DNA of 64,000 nt from Ylistrum balloti (taxonomy: Eukaryota), in contig NW_026781965.1 in assembly GCF_031769215.1 (NCBI RefSeq), positions 1,488,001 to 1,552,000 on the forward strand, in the 5' to 3' direction. Both the position numbers and the translations under genes were made by a program. Shown here piece after piece: positions 38,340 through 53,600 of the stretch. The notes under the pieces were generated by a model that saw only the letters and a list, made by a program, of their open reading frames with translations, was not told where the DNA came from and did not search any database. Each line of letters starts with the position of its first letter. Within the stretch, counting starts at the first letter, position 1.

Positions 38340-38983
38340 CCATGGTTCCTTATAAAACTTTGCGTTCAGTTGATTTTATTCGACTGTAAAGGATGTTGGG
38401 GTCAATTTCAAAGGTAACACCATTAGTAACGGGTATGGCCACCGTTTGCGAAGTAAACAGCATTGCAGCATCGTCGCATGAAACTTGTAAACCGGTGGAT
38501 AATTAGAGGAGAGATGTTGTTCCATTCAGCGATCAAGGCTTGGGCCAGCTCCTGCAAGTTTGACGGCTGATTTTGACGTTCTCTCAGGCGTCGCCCAAGA
38601 ACGTCCCAGACATGCTCCATCAGTGACAAATCAGGTGATTTAGATGGCCAATCTAACACCTGTACGTTATTCTGCTGCAAGAAAATTCTGCTGACGCGAT
38701 TGGTGTGCGCTGGTGCGTCATCCTGTTGAAAAATGGCGCCAACGCCATGGCGTCTTAAGAATGGCAGAACCACTGGTCTTAAAATTTCGTCCCGATATCG
38801 AATGCCGCTTAAATTGCCATTTAACACAACAAGCCTGGCAGGAGTCCCCCCACAAATGCCACCCCAAACCATTACACTTCCGCCGCCAAAGCGGTCCCGT
38901 TCTGCGACGCAGCAGCGGCGAGACTCCCCAGCCTGGATCATGCCTACAGCCCTTTCTCTCTGTACTTCTGACGGCTGGGGCAT
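38340..38983 (-). mobile_element. internally deleted Tc1 element (186-aa fused ORF, 38423-38983)
   Basis: MPQPSEVQRERAVGMIQAGESRR fused to CCVAERDRFGGGSVMVWGGI...QDDAPAH...SPDLSLMEHVW; one TIR-like end, cttataaaactttgcgttcag, near 38349-38369. Confidence 0.88.
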
Positions 38984-39285
38984 AATGATAACATTGATAG
39001 ATAGCAAGATTCGGTGATTTCTAAGTCCTAAGGATCTAAGGAACAGTTGTCAGTTTGAATCTTTATGAAATTCAAGCGAAGATACAAGTTAGTCGCAGAA
39101 AACCTCGTGCAGCTCTTTCGCTAATACAGACTTTCACGCTTGAATGATTTTGGTAACCCCCTTGGATTTTGTAATGTAAAACATTACCATTTTCTAATAT
39201 CGCACAAACGTCATTTTGTTTTCACTCATTTACAGGTATTTGCCAAGGAAACATGTTAACCTTTCTTTTTTTGTTGAGTATATAG

Positions 39286-39393
39286 GTGAATAAACCTGCC
39301 CAAACTGCAGAAAAAGGAGTCACTTGTAGTGAAGGAATGGATACTTCCGGACATTCTATTGAACCAGCTCCAGAAAGAGATGACCCCGGCCTC
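39286..39393 (+). CDS. RNF213: RNF213-like small exon
   Basis: T-rich acceptor ending tatag, 36 codons VNKPAQ...ERDDPGL, donor GTGAGT phase 0. Confidence 0.55.
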
Positions 39394-41259
39394 GTGAGTT
39401 GTTTTCTTAATTGCAATTAACATGTTATTGTGTATCTGTATGATCGCTTCCAGACACTTAGCTTTCCAGGATTGTATCTTCTGATATATTTGATGTTGAT
39501 TCTTGTTTTGGCATTTTTGAAAATTCACTGTTGTTTCCAGAGAAGTCGCGTAGTGTGTATGCTCACCGATGGGATGGTAAAACGTAATCATATGTGCTTA
39601 TGTTGTACATGCTTCATAAGTAACCATGATAAAAGAATAGTGGACAAAATCGTGATAAATTAATGTCCGCTGTGAGAAAATTGAGTCAAGTCGATGACAA
39701 ATCAGCCATTCCATAAGAGATTGCATAGATGGTGGACATGGTTCGTGGATAGCGGTTTGAGGACTATCAAACATCTGGAAAACTAAAAATTCCCCCGATT
39801 CAGAAGTGATTCTTCGATCACATTGAGAGCAATAATCTTCCTGTATTTTGGCGGGGTGTAGAATAGGGAAGACAATGATAGACTTTGATCTATATACCTT
39901 TATTTGACAATCAATAACTCGTTCTTTCTGCGGTTAACAGATGATACATGATAATCTCCTTGAGTAAAATAGTTTAGTATATAAGCAGTTCTCTGTTCCG
40001 AAAATAATATCTTACTCAATCGTTGTCGAGAAGTACCTGGGTTTCCCTAACTCCTGTCTCTGTATGTACCTCAGGAGAGAATTCAACATCCTAGATAAGA
40101 ATTTGCAGTCTTCAGGTTGCGAGAGTGTACAAAAATGTACTCGGTTGAAACATCAAACGGCATTGTCCTTTGTAGGGATTTAATGATATTTTCGTATAAG
40201 TGTATTGTAGGCTTTGCTTATCTATGTTGTGGAAGTATATATATGCAAATTACTTGCACTCTTCTGAAGTCATTAATATACAGGAAACACGATACCAGTG
40301 GTTACTCTTCACTAATAAATACATGATCTCTCTGACAGGTATATGTAGACAGGCCATTTAGGAATAGAAGTACTGTAGTTCGATTACACACGTAATCAGC
40401 ATTGAAATCAATCACAAAATAATAGAGTGCCAGAGCTATGTCATAAATTTGACACGCTAGATCACAATTTTCATATTCTAATTGTTGAATTTTTGAACAA
40501 GGGGAAAAAATTCCCGCATAAATGAGTCACTGATGTAAACATAACCTAGATTCGTATATATAAAAAAGGCATGCACAAACTAGCTCCACTTATCTAATGT
40601 ATGAATGACGCGACCTTGCATGGAATACAAAAAATGGCTACATGTTGTTAAAATGCACGCCATATTGTTTTTAAAAAAACTGACTACAGATTACATAGGT
40701 CACAGGTTTGTGGGAATAATGTCTGTCGTACCGAATTCCTATAATAGTTTTTCATTATTCTTTGAAACATTTCATTGAATACATCAAGTCCATGTCCCTA
40801 TTCTGCTTTCTGGATTCAACCCTAAGAGGAAGCTGTAATACTGACACTTCCCAAACGAAATCAAAACAGTACCAACTAAATAATACACTTTGCTCGTCAC
40901 AAAACTTATCACACTCGCCGCAGGCTTGTTGATATTGCTACCACGGAATTGTAACAATATTTTAAGTCGGTAATAAATACTAAATCCATGTAATGAACAG
41001 CACAGAATTCCCCGGTATCTCTATGAACTGGTGTTTACATATGTCACAGGAGCAAATTGTTTACAAAGCATTTCACGACACCAAGACCATCCCTCATTAT
41101 GCTAAGACCAGTGACACGAACAGGGTGGTGGAGATGTGCTTTATTATATAACTCTAAAATATTCCAACAACGCCATGATGTAGGCAGTGGTCTTTCTTTT
41201 CCTCCCTGAATTAACCATCCCTACACTACTGATAAAATAAAAAAATCAATATAACACAA

Positions 41260-41560
41260 ACAAAACGTCATTAATATCTGTGAAAATAAAATTAAACGAC
41301 TTTTCAAGGTATTTGTGATCTGCTTCAATTAACTCTTCAATAAATTCAGCCTCATGTGAAAACAAAAACAGAGTGGCACATTGGCGTATTTCCTTATACT
41401 ATGAATAGAGCATAAATTATTATGGTTGTTGAGCCAAATGCAAAATGTGATCAAAATAACTGATTCGGTAAGAGAAATTATAATGTGCTTTGGTTCCCGG
41501 ACTAAATGCCTATTCCCCTGGATCAGCTGACGATCTACCACTGGTGGTCTCCAGTTTGTA
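41260..41560 (-). mobile_element. degenerate Penelope-like RT fragment
   Basis: LFLFSHEAEFIEELIEADHKYLEKSFNFIFTDINDV and REPK motif; nucleotide match to 33503-33540. Confidence 0.65.
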
Positions 41561-44500
41561 GCTTTCAGGTTTTAGGCTCACTATTCTGTTGCTCATTTGC
41601 TTTTTGTTTCAATTTGTATTCATTGCCTTCCTTTTCTTTGTTGTTCTATAAGATCTTTCGATGTTTTTAGTCTCGCTTATGCTTTTGAGTTTCGATTATG
41701 ATTATGTTGACATGCTTGATTTTAGAAACTCACCTGGGGTAATGCTATCTCGAGTGTTTACACTTCTGCTTCTTCTAGCATTTTCGGACATATCAAAAGA
41801 GTATGAATTCATCTCTTTAGCTTTCCTTTGTTCAAGTTCTTTTGCTCTCTCGTTCACTATTGCAACGGATCTTAAGCACAATTTCTCCCTTTTGATCCTC
41901 TATTTCATTTTAGATGCTAACATTTGTTTCTTATTTTCGTCCGATTTGTTATATGCCGCTTTCGCTTGAACCGATTCAGGTGGTCTGGAAGTATTCCACG
42001 ATACATGGAAACACATTTACTAGATGTTGGAATTGATATGTAAAGCTCGAAATGCACAGTTTTGGGAATTTCTTTCAAGCATAAATCATAGAATTAAGAT
42101 AAGAAAACATCCTTTTAGCGAACTGCTTTATGCTGAAATTCTTAAAACTAATTATGCTGCAAGTTAGTTTCGGACTGGGTCAGCTGAACTCCCTCAATCT
42201 ATATGTGCTGAATATCCCGCAGTCCAGTCTCGGTCCCGACCTTCGACTCAAGGTTTATTCCTCTTTGACCATTGCCAATGCACATAATTCCGTAAGGTTT
42301 TATTGATATTTTCAAATGTTAGAGCAGTATGTTACAGCTTCTACATGTCAAATTAATTCCTAGAGTCTTTAGTTTTGTACATTCAATTGTTGTTGTGAGC
42401 AGATTTATGCACCTGTAGCAGAAACATATCTGTATTTTAAATCATTTCGTCACGACTTCCGAAGAACAGAGAAGAGATATCAGTTTTCTTTCGGCCAGCT
42501 GCTGTCATGTGTCTGTTAAAGAAAACAAAGGCAATATAAGAAATATACTAGGAATGCTATCAGGATCAAATTAATAAACACAGTTTTTATAGAGAGTAGT
42601 TTTGCTGCTACATTATGTGTTTATTACTTGTCTAATCATAAGTCAGACAACCCAAAGTAATTTGTGTTTTAATAGTGAACACAAATGGTAGACTGTGCAT
42701 TTTGGATCCTCGATAGATGATCATGTCCGATTCCGCCAGTCTATGCAGGATCATCAGTCTCATCATGTCACACAGAATCAACGATGCCCAGGTTTGGCAA
42801 AGTCAGACATATAACGGCCTTGTTATGGTTTTAGTCAGTAAGTGATACTGTCATTGACCTTGATGCTAAGTTGGTGTAGAAAGTGAGCTGCTTACACTGG
42901 TGACGAATTTCTAATCTTGGCATGTTTTATTTGTTGGATTTTTTTTTATTCGATTTTGCCTGAGAAATGCTTGGACAACAGTTCAGGCTTATATTGTTTT
43001 TTCCCTCTAAAAATCATCTTGGATGAATGTTAAAAAGCTACAGTTACGTATATAAATAGGTGCACAGCAAAACCTCATCACCACAGGAAATTAAACTCTG
43101 TTACCGATGATGGATGATCTGCTAATAATTTTCGGGTTGGGGTATTTCACACTGCTATTTCATAACAATCCTGCTACCTCGTTTATATTCGCATATTGTG
43201 AAGTGCAAATTGTGACAGTTAATTTTTTCATTTAATACATGGAAACAAACCATATTTTAACAAGTTATTGAACACATGCTTTCTTCAGCATATTACTTAT
43301 CATGATATCCTATCTTGTTGCCTTCTTCTTACCAATGAAAACAATATATACAACTGTGATACTTAGACTGCACTTTTTCCGCGATCGTCGCCATCTTAGG
43401 GTTTTTTTCACAGCGGCCGTGTTTCAATAGTTTTTTGGGGAATTCAAATGTTTATAACAGCAATAAGAATAAAGATTAAAAAAGTGTATGTGCATATAAT
43501 TGTCAGTATTCTGCGATTTATGGACATGTTGTATGTAATTTACAAGTATGCTACCTTTATTCAATATTAGAATAGATATAACATTGTCATCTTCTTGTAT
43601 ACGAAACTGTGAATTTGTACAAAATGTTATTTAAACTAAGTGAATAATCATATTCTCTCAAATTTCTATGTGTGTTTTTGTAAGGCATTTTGTGAAATAC
43701 ATGTTCGATTCCGAGGACGAGTCGGTATCAACAGATAACAAGGAAAAATTCATAGAGCTCCCTCACAGTTGAAACTAAAACTTAAAACGCATTCAAACTA
43801 TATACTTAAGAGATCATATCATCAACATCTTCAAGGTCCTTATGTTGTAGTTAGAATATTGAAATGCCTGAAACATGTACTTTTGCCTTACAACGCACAA
43901 GAAACCTAAAACTGTCAAAACCCATCAAATTTCCATTCATTCCATCGCTTGAAATCTTATTTCGCTTGTAGGAAACAAGGATATTTCAACGAAATGAAAT
44001 TACAACCTAAGTATATCTTATATTGTACAGTGTGACAACCTGTCGACCTCATACCAAATGTATTAAAATCGCCCCGGTATTTTGTCACATTTCAAATTTA
44101 CACACTGTTGTATTAAAATTAACTGAACAATATATCCTCTGGTGTCCATGATTTTAATGAGAATATCGTGAAATAGACTTCTACAATCTGAAGACACCTT
44201 CTTTTCATACTAATATGCCGGCGATCGCACACTCGTCATAATTAGGCCGATTGTCCAAATGTCAAACTGAAAAAAATGGCTCATACGTGGTGCATCCCTT
44301 GAATGCTTAACACAATCAGCTATAGGTCCAATCAATTGATACCAAAATATACATGTATATAAATCACATGTTGACTAAGCTTCCAAGAAAAACTTTGTGT
44401 GGAAATATAAGGATACTTACATTATATAATTCTACATGGCGTGGCGTCATCAATTTATAATTTTACACTAAAATATTATAATCTTAACATCGTTGTATAC

Positions 44501-44696
44501 CTCTATTGAGCAATCGTATCTCAAAAAGTACTTTACAGAGATACTTAATATTTGAGGTATACAGTTTTTTGATACCCATGCATACTTACTCCAAAACTTA
44601 TGAAATATGAGGTTGGGCCAAAAATGGTCCTTATCCTATGTTGTCCTTGATGATAGAATACACTTGTAGTCAAATAATAAATTAATTTCGTTTCAG

Positions 44697-46438
44697 GATC
44701 TTTTGTTTTCAGTATTCATCCCTGAAACAAAAACAGATGCGGTGGTTGATGTATTTATGGAAACCACCAGTGAAGGCTTACGCAATGTCCAACTTCATCG
44801 ATTCCCAAAGTCCTATATTTGGCGTGCAGACGTTAATGTTCCAATTCATCGACAAGAATTATTATTTCGTTTCAAAATCAAAAGACAGAGAGAAAGGGTG
44901 ACTGGAATCCTCATATCTACAGTTAATATAGAATGTGTAACAGATGAAACAATTTATTTTCGAAGAAATGCAAACGATTTGAGAAGACGCCAGGATATTT
45001 TGCTATGTGATGATATTTACTGGAAACAGCGGGGGTATGCCGAAATAAGTGCATCAATAATTTTGTCGGTAGGGGAAATCTCTCTAAAACAAGCTATCAT
45101 TGACCTTGAAAACTATCAAGAACAGATGTTTGTTCATTTTCAATACCTGGATTTCAAACACATATTAGACATGATGGAAGACCAGTTAGGCCACTTATCT
45201 TTCAAAAGAGAACGTGCATTATGTTTTTTAGTTTTCTTATCTAACATACCAAGAACGTCACATCGGTTCCCAATGCATATGGTTCCAGATATCGTTAATG
45301 CAGTAGATTGTTCTCTATCACATGACCTCACAAGGTCATGTATAGATAAAGTTTCATCTGCTTTATATTTTTTATACTCAGAAGCTCCACATCCGAAAAG
45401 TTTTGTGAGATTTGTGGATATTGCATTTCCGATGTTACCATCGTCCTTGTTGATCAAAGTATACACCTGCAACTGGGACAGAGCGAAATGTCCATTTTCA
45501 GTCGATGATGAAGAATACACTGCTTCGGTATTAAACACTTTCCAGAAGGAATCTTCAGACATAACTGAAAATCAAAAGCTTTTAGAAATCATTTTAACAA
45601 ATATAACATTGAAGTCTCTTGTTCAATGTACAGACTCTCTGCTTACGAAGAATGGGAGAATGAATGATATGGCAAAACTTTTATTTTCCAACCTCCTAAT
45701 TAAAACGAAAGTAGAGATAAGCAAATCCAGTAAAATGGCCACCGACCAATTTCAGAGCTTACTGAATATCTGGTTGCTCACGAGCTCATTCTCTAAAGAT
45801 CCAGAATTCACTGAAGTGGTTTCACTGTTCGAGAGAAGTATTTTAAGTGTGATTAAATCAATGGAAACGAACGATCAGTGTAAAAACTGGGAAGAGCTTT
45901 TAAATATCTGCACAAGTGAGGATGCCGTACTGTTTCAAAATTCCGAAATAAAAGTTACTCTCATGGAAACTATCTGCACCGCGCGAAATTTGAAAATATG
46001 TCCATCATTAGTAAGATTATTGGACACTGACAAATTTTGCCATCTAGACATTGAAGTAGGGAAATCAATATTGGCAACATGGTTTGACAACATTATCTCC
46101 CACCATTGTAAATACCAACACAAGGTAACCTCTCAGGATTTGTGTCGTGTGTATAGACAACTTGGAAACATTTCTCGAACAAAATATCTCCAAGCAAATC
46201 AAACATTGGTGTTACCATTGTCTAAAAAGATATACAACATACTTAGGAAAAGAACAATGAAAGAAAACATTCAGACGACTGCTGACATTGAACAGATGGA
46301 TGATCCTTTCGCTGAGAATCAGTTCGCTGCTCATATGAAGACTTTAATCCACGATGGACATGACACGAGGGGCTACTCCGTCAATGAGTTTATCATGGAC
46401 ATCAGTGGCAGAACAACTCCGATGTTAATAAACTCTAG
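44697..46438 (+). CDS. RNF213: RNF213-like exon (N-arm/stalk region)
   Basis: tttcgtttcag acceptor phase 0, 1742 bp open, donor GTTAGT phase 2 joins AG|A (R) to the next exon. Confidence 0.85.
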
Positions 46439-47661
46439 GTTAGTATAATTCATCAAAGCCTATTATCAACAGAATGTTTGAGCTGATAACCGGTAGGTTC
46501 ACAATGCAGTTAATAATTACAATTTACACTCATTAATTATATATGGAAAGTCAAACCAGCAACTCTCCCTCACTAAGATCAAATTGATCGCTATAGAATG
46601 GTCTAAACCTTCATACTTTAGACTGAACTACTGGCATCTAAGCATCACAAACTGAAATCGATTTCCTTATAGCCCTATGTCAAATAGTTTAACCAAAAAA
46701 TAAATACGTATGAAATTGGCCAGAAATGTTTAAATGATGATTAGTTAATTATAAGGCAACTGTGATTAGTTTTCTTTCTTGTGCTTGATTTTGGTGACAG
46801 TGAAGAAATTGCGTATGTATATCAATGTGTTTCAATGTCACGCAACTCACTGTTTTGTGTCGATGAATGACTAATGATGTTCAAACGCTGCCATTGACCT
46901 GAAATAATGAGATGGTCTTACAAAAATCCCTAAATGACTAATGTCCATCCTGCTTGGTGAGAGTAAGTAACTATTTTATGTAAACAAACCTTGAGCATAC
47001 AACAGTACTTTTAAGGATTTTGCTATATAACATGTCTAAATTCTAAGAAATTCACAGCTCATCATTTAGACAAGAACTATCGAAGTATACGTTTAATGAT
47101 TTACAAAAAGATAATTAATTCCAGCTTCACTATGTTATACTTTTTAAACAAGATTTAATACATAATTCAAACTTGTCTCTTTGAACATATGTAAGATCGC
47201 GTCCATTTTTAAGCAAGATAAATGTTAAGAAAAAGATGTCTTTGTAGTTCTCAATGGATTAAATAAGTTTACAATATCAACAAAGGGAGGACTATTTACG
47301 TAACGACAAACGAAAAAGCACAAGGATAATATATGTCCAGATATTTCACATGGATAAGAGGCTTCATTTTTATCAACAAAACCCGCAATATAAACTTTGG
47401 ATAAAATAAAGGTAATGGTATACCCTCGAAAAGAGTATTAGTTTAGTGACAAGAAAACTTCACAATAGATTTTCTATTAAGAACGTCATTACTAACTATA
47501 TACAAAGCCCTAACAACGTGACACTAACACTCAGATAATCTATGTACTTTAAGCTGTAATACTGTAAGGTATCTTGGTAACTAAGTTTTCTTTTTATAAT
47601 ACATTCACACATCAAAGATAATCCTTTTTATCTCAATGATCTGTCCTTGTTTTTCCCCCAG

Positions 47662-50600
47662 AGTAACCTTGGGATTGTGTAGAAGTCTAATGAAACTGTC
47701 TGGTGTAACCCACAACTCACCGGATGAAGACACTGTTATGGTCTTGCTGAAGTGTTCTACACTTTGGAAAGCTTTATTCGATGCCAATGGAACAAAGAAG
47801 GAACAACTCGAGCAGGACACGCTCTTTATACATGCACAAATGGCACTGCGCAAAGTAGTGAACAGCATAAGAGACGAAACGGTCAGCTGTAGACTGCTTA
47901 GAACTTCAAACATAGTGGCACAGATGAAAACGCTTTTACCTGGTAATACATATAGCCGTTTTGAAGTGCAAACGATTCTTTTAAAATTGAAGACGATTGA
48001 TGAGTCAATAGCATCTACGATAAAAAGAATGAACGAAACAAAAAAATCACTTGAAGTGGTTTGCAAGCGTACTGGAGGATTGTTTAAATCAAAAATCGAA
48101 ACGGTCAAATCTCGTATTCAGTCAGATATTGACTATATAACAGATGGTAGTATGAAATTCGCAGAAATTGAAAAATTTACCAAATGGGTAACAGATACAT
48201 ATGAAGATTTCACAACCATTAATTTCCTCCTGGAATCTCGCATGTATTGGAATGCTGTCGGCAATTTGATGGGTTCAAACTACGACGAATGGTGCGATGT
48301 ATTGATTGAGAATGACAGAGATGACATGCAGCCAGAGGATGCTGTTGAAGACATTAGATGGTTATTTTCTTCTCATTCTCTGTCTTGTGAAGATGACAAA
48401 GACATTTCTGTAATAGTTTTTCGTTCATTTGTCAGCTCTCTTAGCGGACCTGTGCTGGAGATTTACAAGAAATGGTGGGAGAACATTTCGAAACTCGAGG
48501 AAACAAGCATTTCAGACATTGCTAATTATTTTCAGTATAAGTGCAATATCCAAGAAGAAATCGATATCGCAAAGCGCGCTCATATAACCTTAAAATCGGA
48601 GATGAAAAGAGCATTATTAAACTTTGAAGAATATCCTCACTATGAAAGTAGGTTTCATGCAATTAAAAATGCTTTAAAAGCGTTTAACTTGGATTCAGCG
48701 ACTGATGTGAAATTTCATCGCGCAATTTGTGCATTTGATACGCTGTTTGAACAGAATACTTGGCTTTTGTTGAGAGATGTTGACGAAGCAGTACAAATTA
48801 TGAAGGACGCAACACAAGATATTGATGAAGATCTGATCTTGATTATAAGCGAACTTGTACAGTCATCTGCATTGGTAGAATTTATTCGTGAAGTTGTAAA
48901 TGAGGATCTACGCAATCTAATCGATGCCGTAGAGGAACATTCGGAGCAATTTGTTTGTGAATTGACTGTGTCCGATTTGATCGATATCAAACAATTCTTA
49001 CTCCCGGTATTGAAAAGCAACCTTGATCAAAACATAAGAGCATTTATTGATGCATTTACAAAAAGTTATGCAAATTGCCAACCAAAACAGATACCAGCAA
49101 AAATTCGAGCATGCATGGATAATGTCCATAGTTTAAAGTCGTTATACTATAATGTTGCAAACAAAGAGGAAAATACAAAAGAGATCATCAAAATGATAAA
49201 TAACGGCGGTGTTTTTCGAATCTATGTAAACAATCAAGTATGCGAGCTCAGCGTTGAGTGCAAACGAGACAAAAAGGTATACCAATACAGCCACTCCCGT
49301 CTGAGTGATCTACGGAGCCGTGCGTTACTAATCATGAGTACTGAAGAAAAAAAACATTCTCCTCGAAAGGCACACAGGTCTAAACTGGCAGAACACCTAA
49401 CACATTTTTCCTCACGTGTTGATATTTTGTTTGCAATAGTAGACAAGATTGACTCACTGATGGCACTCGGGCATTTTGTTTGGTGTACTAGTGCAACGCA
49501 GATGATCAAACCACATGACGCAGAAGGTATTCTAAATAAACTGTCGAACGAACTCTCAGAATGGAAATCTCTACTTGAAAATTGTAGAGAACAATTTTTC
49601 TTGATGAATTATATATCCTCAGAGCACCTTCCTCTAGTGCAATCATATCTGGAGCGAGGAGATAACGAAACTACGGTTCTAAATATTCTAAGATACGTAA
49701 ATCCAAATGTAAATCCTTCACATCTTGCTAGTCTCTATGAAAAGTACCATTCAATGACCATGGAAGACAATATAGAAAACAAACTGTATAAAACAGGAAA
49801 TTGTGTTCAGGATGTTTTTGGGATGATTCCTCCAATAAGAAGAGCCTTTCCAGGAACGGAGCGGAGAAATGTGAAGTTAAGAGACACAGTGTTAGAAGGC
49901 AAGCTTCATATTTCTGTTTTAGAGGAAGGCAGTCGGTCAGTACTACATACTGTTCTAGCGCTGTATCAAAATACAACAGGTCTTCTACCAGAATCGAATG
50001 AGCTATTATTTTGTACAAAGCAAACGACTCAAGATGAATTATGCCTGTTAGTCAAAAGATGTCGAGGTGTTACAAACACTCAGTCGCAGAAAAGATTATT
50101 TTGCATAGTAAATGCAGAACTACTTCCATACGAGCTTCAATTCAAACTTACCAATTTGCTCCAGTACCTTCCCAGGGAAGAAAATTTTCTCTTGGCAATT
50201 GTTTGTACTGGAAGAGACCAGTGCACTTTTCTAGAATGGTTCCATGATAACATTTTTGGGATAAGACCCTTAACGGAAATACAATTACGGAATTGTTTAG
50301 AAGCAAAATGGCCTAATGTTGTTACTCTTACATCTGACATACCAGGACTTGGAAAAACTGAAACTATATTTGATATTGCATCAGAGCACGACAAAAGCGT
50401 AAAAACTCTTCATTTGAGTGGCTTGTTTGACAGAAATAAATTTATAAGACAACTCCTCGATTTGAAATTGAGACCACATCATTTATTGCACATTGATATT
50501 GGTATGACAAATGATCCAACGGCTTTGGATTTGTTCCTATTTCAGCTTATTATTACAGGGTTTGTCGCTTCAGGAACAAGTGCCTATGCTATCCCGACAA

Positions 50601-53600
50601 ACTTTGTCTGTATAGAAGTTGCAAACTCAATCAACAATATTTTAATCGATAGTTTGCCGACAGCAGTTCATTTCAAACGCATAGATCTGCAGTGGAAAGA
50701 ATATTCAAATATGAAAATTCCCTCCGATATAAACAGTCCTTTGCAAGTAGTGTGCCAATACTTGCACTATTTGGACACTTCCAAAATAAACAACACGGAC
50801 ATATATTTCCACGGCAGCAGTAAGGTGCTTCCTTTGAAAAAAAAGCTATGCATTCAATTGCTTCAAAAATATTTCTCATCGGCAAGCGATATGTCATTCA
50901 CATTAGTTGAAATTTTCATCAAAGTTCTTGCCGAACAACTGAAAAAGATGTCTGCAAGTATATTCTTTCGACAATCGAGCATCAGAGCAATACTTGGAGA
51001 CAACGTTGACAGCACCTTGAAGTCAAGTCTAGTCCGAATAATGGTTGACGTTTCAAAGGAATTTGCAACCAGATCGATAGGTACCTGTCGTTCTTCACAG
51101 GCTGCCGTCGTCTTAAATACTCGGATTGAAAGTGAAAATACTGAGCAATTAAGCACTGCATCAATCCTTGCACAGAGAGTTCAGGGAATGATTCAATGGG
51201 AAGAGAGCAATCACCTTGTTGTAATATTCCACCATGATATGCAAACGGTGTCAGCTTTGTTCAGGAAACTATCTCAAGTACCAGAAAACGTAAAAAACCT
51301 GTTTCAAAGTCAGATGAAGAAAACATTTGATAATCTAGAAAAGGCGTCAGTTGAGGACCTTCAGCGTATTATTGTGAGATTTACGTGCACAGGTTCTCCT
51401 AGAGAGGACATGCTTACCTCATTGGCATCATCGTACGCGTTGACACCTGATAATCTTCTGAAAATGATCTTGGTAGTTATGAGACTGCAATCAAATGTTC
51501 CAGTGGTAATTATGGGTGAAACAGGATGTGGAAAGACGTCGCTAGTCAGATATCTAGCGACCATTACTGGAATAGAATTGGATATTTTAAGCATTCATGC
51601 TGGAACATCAGAGGAGGAAATTGTCTGTAAAATTGACAGCATTCAAAAAGTAGCACATGCTAATTTATCTGCTCATAGATGGGTGTTTCTGGACGAAATA
51701 AACACATGTGATCACTTAGGTGTTATTACAGATTTACTATGCCACCATCGGTATCATGGGAAATCTCTGTCGCCTAATGTATCAGTAGTAGCAGCATGCA
51801 ATCCATATCGCCTAAGACATGCAGATTCAGTTTATACTGAAGGATTACAGGGGAAACTAAAGGAAGATGAGCTTTCCAGATTGGTGTACAGAGTTCACCC
51901 TCTTCCGGAATCACTTATAGATTTTGTTTGGGATTATGGAAGATTAAGTGATACAGATGAACAAAGATACATCAAAACAATGGTCGGAAATGTACTGAAA
52001 CCACAATTATTCTCAACCATATTTTCTGAATTATTGGGTATGTCCCAGAAGTTTACTAGGGATTTGGAAGATAAAGACTACTCAGTAAGCCTTCGGGATG
52101 TCGACAGGACAATACGACTTGTCAAATGGTTCACTGACATCTTATCAAGAAAGGATGTTCACTGCAAAGATATCGTAAAGAAAGCAATTATTTTGGCAAT
52201 GGCAATGTCTTATCAAAGCAGGATATGTAGCGTAACTAAACGGAAAGAATATGTGCGTGATATGGCTTCTATCTTTTTTAAGCACAATGTGGACGTTGAT
52301 GAAACTCACATCATGCAGATAATAACAACTGAGCAAAACGACATACTCGACAGAATGGAGTTACCGGATGGAATAGCACGAAATACAGCACTACGGGAAA
52401 ATGTATTTGTGATATTTGTTAGCATTTTAAACAGAATCCCGGTGTTTATAGTTGGTAAACCAGGCTGCAGCAAATCGCTATCCATGCAACTTATCCGTAG
52501 TAACTTGCGCGGAAAAGATTCGAAAAATGACTTCTTTAAGATGTTACCACAGCTGTTTTGCGTATCATTTCAAGGCTCGGAATCGTCCACATCTGATGGA
52601 ATTGTTAAAGTGTTTGAAAAGGCAAAAAGATATCAGGAGCGAAACAAACATGACAATGTGTTGTCAGTTGTCATTCTAGATGAAATAGGTCTTGCGGAAA
52701 TATCAAGGTTTAATCCTTTGAAAGTACTTCATGGCTTACTAGAGCCTGGCGGTAAAAGGAACCCAGATGTTGCGGTTGTTGGAATATCGAATTGGGCTCT
52801 AGACGCTGCTAAAATGAATCGTGCATTACAACTCTCCAGACCTGAAATGGATGCTGAAGAACTATATGAAACAGCTAAATCAATCAGCCAATCATTGACA
52901 AAAGTGACACAAAAAACAAAATTTCCCTGGAACATCGATAAAGCCAATGTTTTACAAGACGATAGCATGCTCAAAGCTTTGGCAACGGCTTTCAATGAAT
53001 ACAATCGTAATCAGAGATTTAAGAATTTCCATGGCTTGAGAGACTACTACGCCCTTATCAAATATATCAGTAGATGCACTTCCAATTCTGAAGCAATGGA
53101 AAGCGAAGAAAGAGACATTATTATCCACGGTCTCTTGAGAAACTTCAGTGGTCTTCCGTCTGAAACGATGAGTATGATGGTTACATTTCAGAAACATCTT
53201 GAGACAAGTTTAAGTGTCAAAATGCCTGTTTTTGAACTTATAAGAGCCAACATTCAGGACTCATCTTGTCGCAACCTAATGCTTATCACACAAGGAGATG
53301 CGGTTATAGAAAAGGTTGGTAAACTCTTGAAAGACTGTGGAAAGGAATATGTGGTCATGTTTGGAAGCCAGTTTGAAGACGACTTAACAGACGATTATAA
53401 TTATCGCATCTTGAGCAGAATCATTCTTTGCATGGAACAAGGAATGGTGTTGATACTGAAAGACCTAGAGAGTATCTACGGTAGTTTATATGATATGCTG
53501 AATCAAAACTACACTATTGTTGGGAAGAAGAAAAACTGCAGAGTAGCACTTGGTCCTTACAGCAACCCTATGTGTCAGGTAAATGATGCTTTTAAGTGCA

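Noticed and set aside
47636-47661. ATG at 47636 as start of the giant ORF
   Set aside because: It lies in the polypyrimidine tract; the phase-2 splice from 46438 fits exactly.
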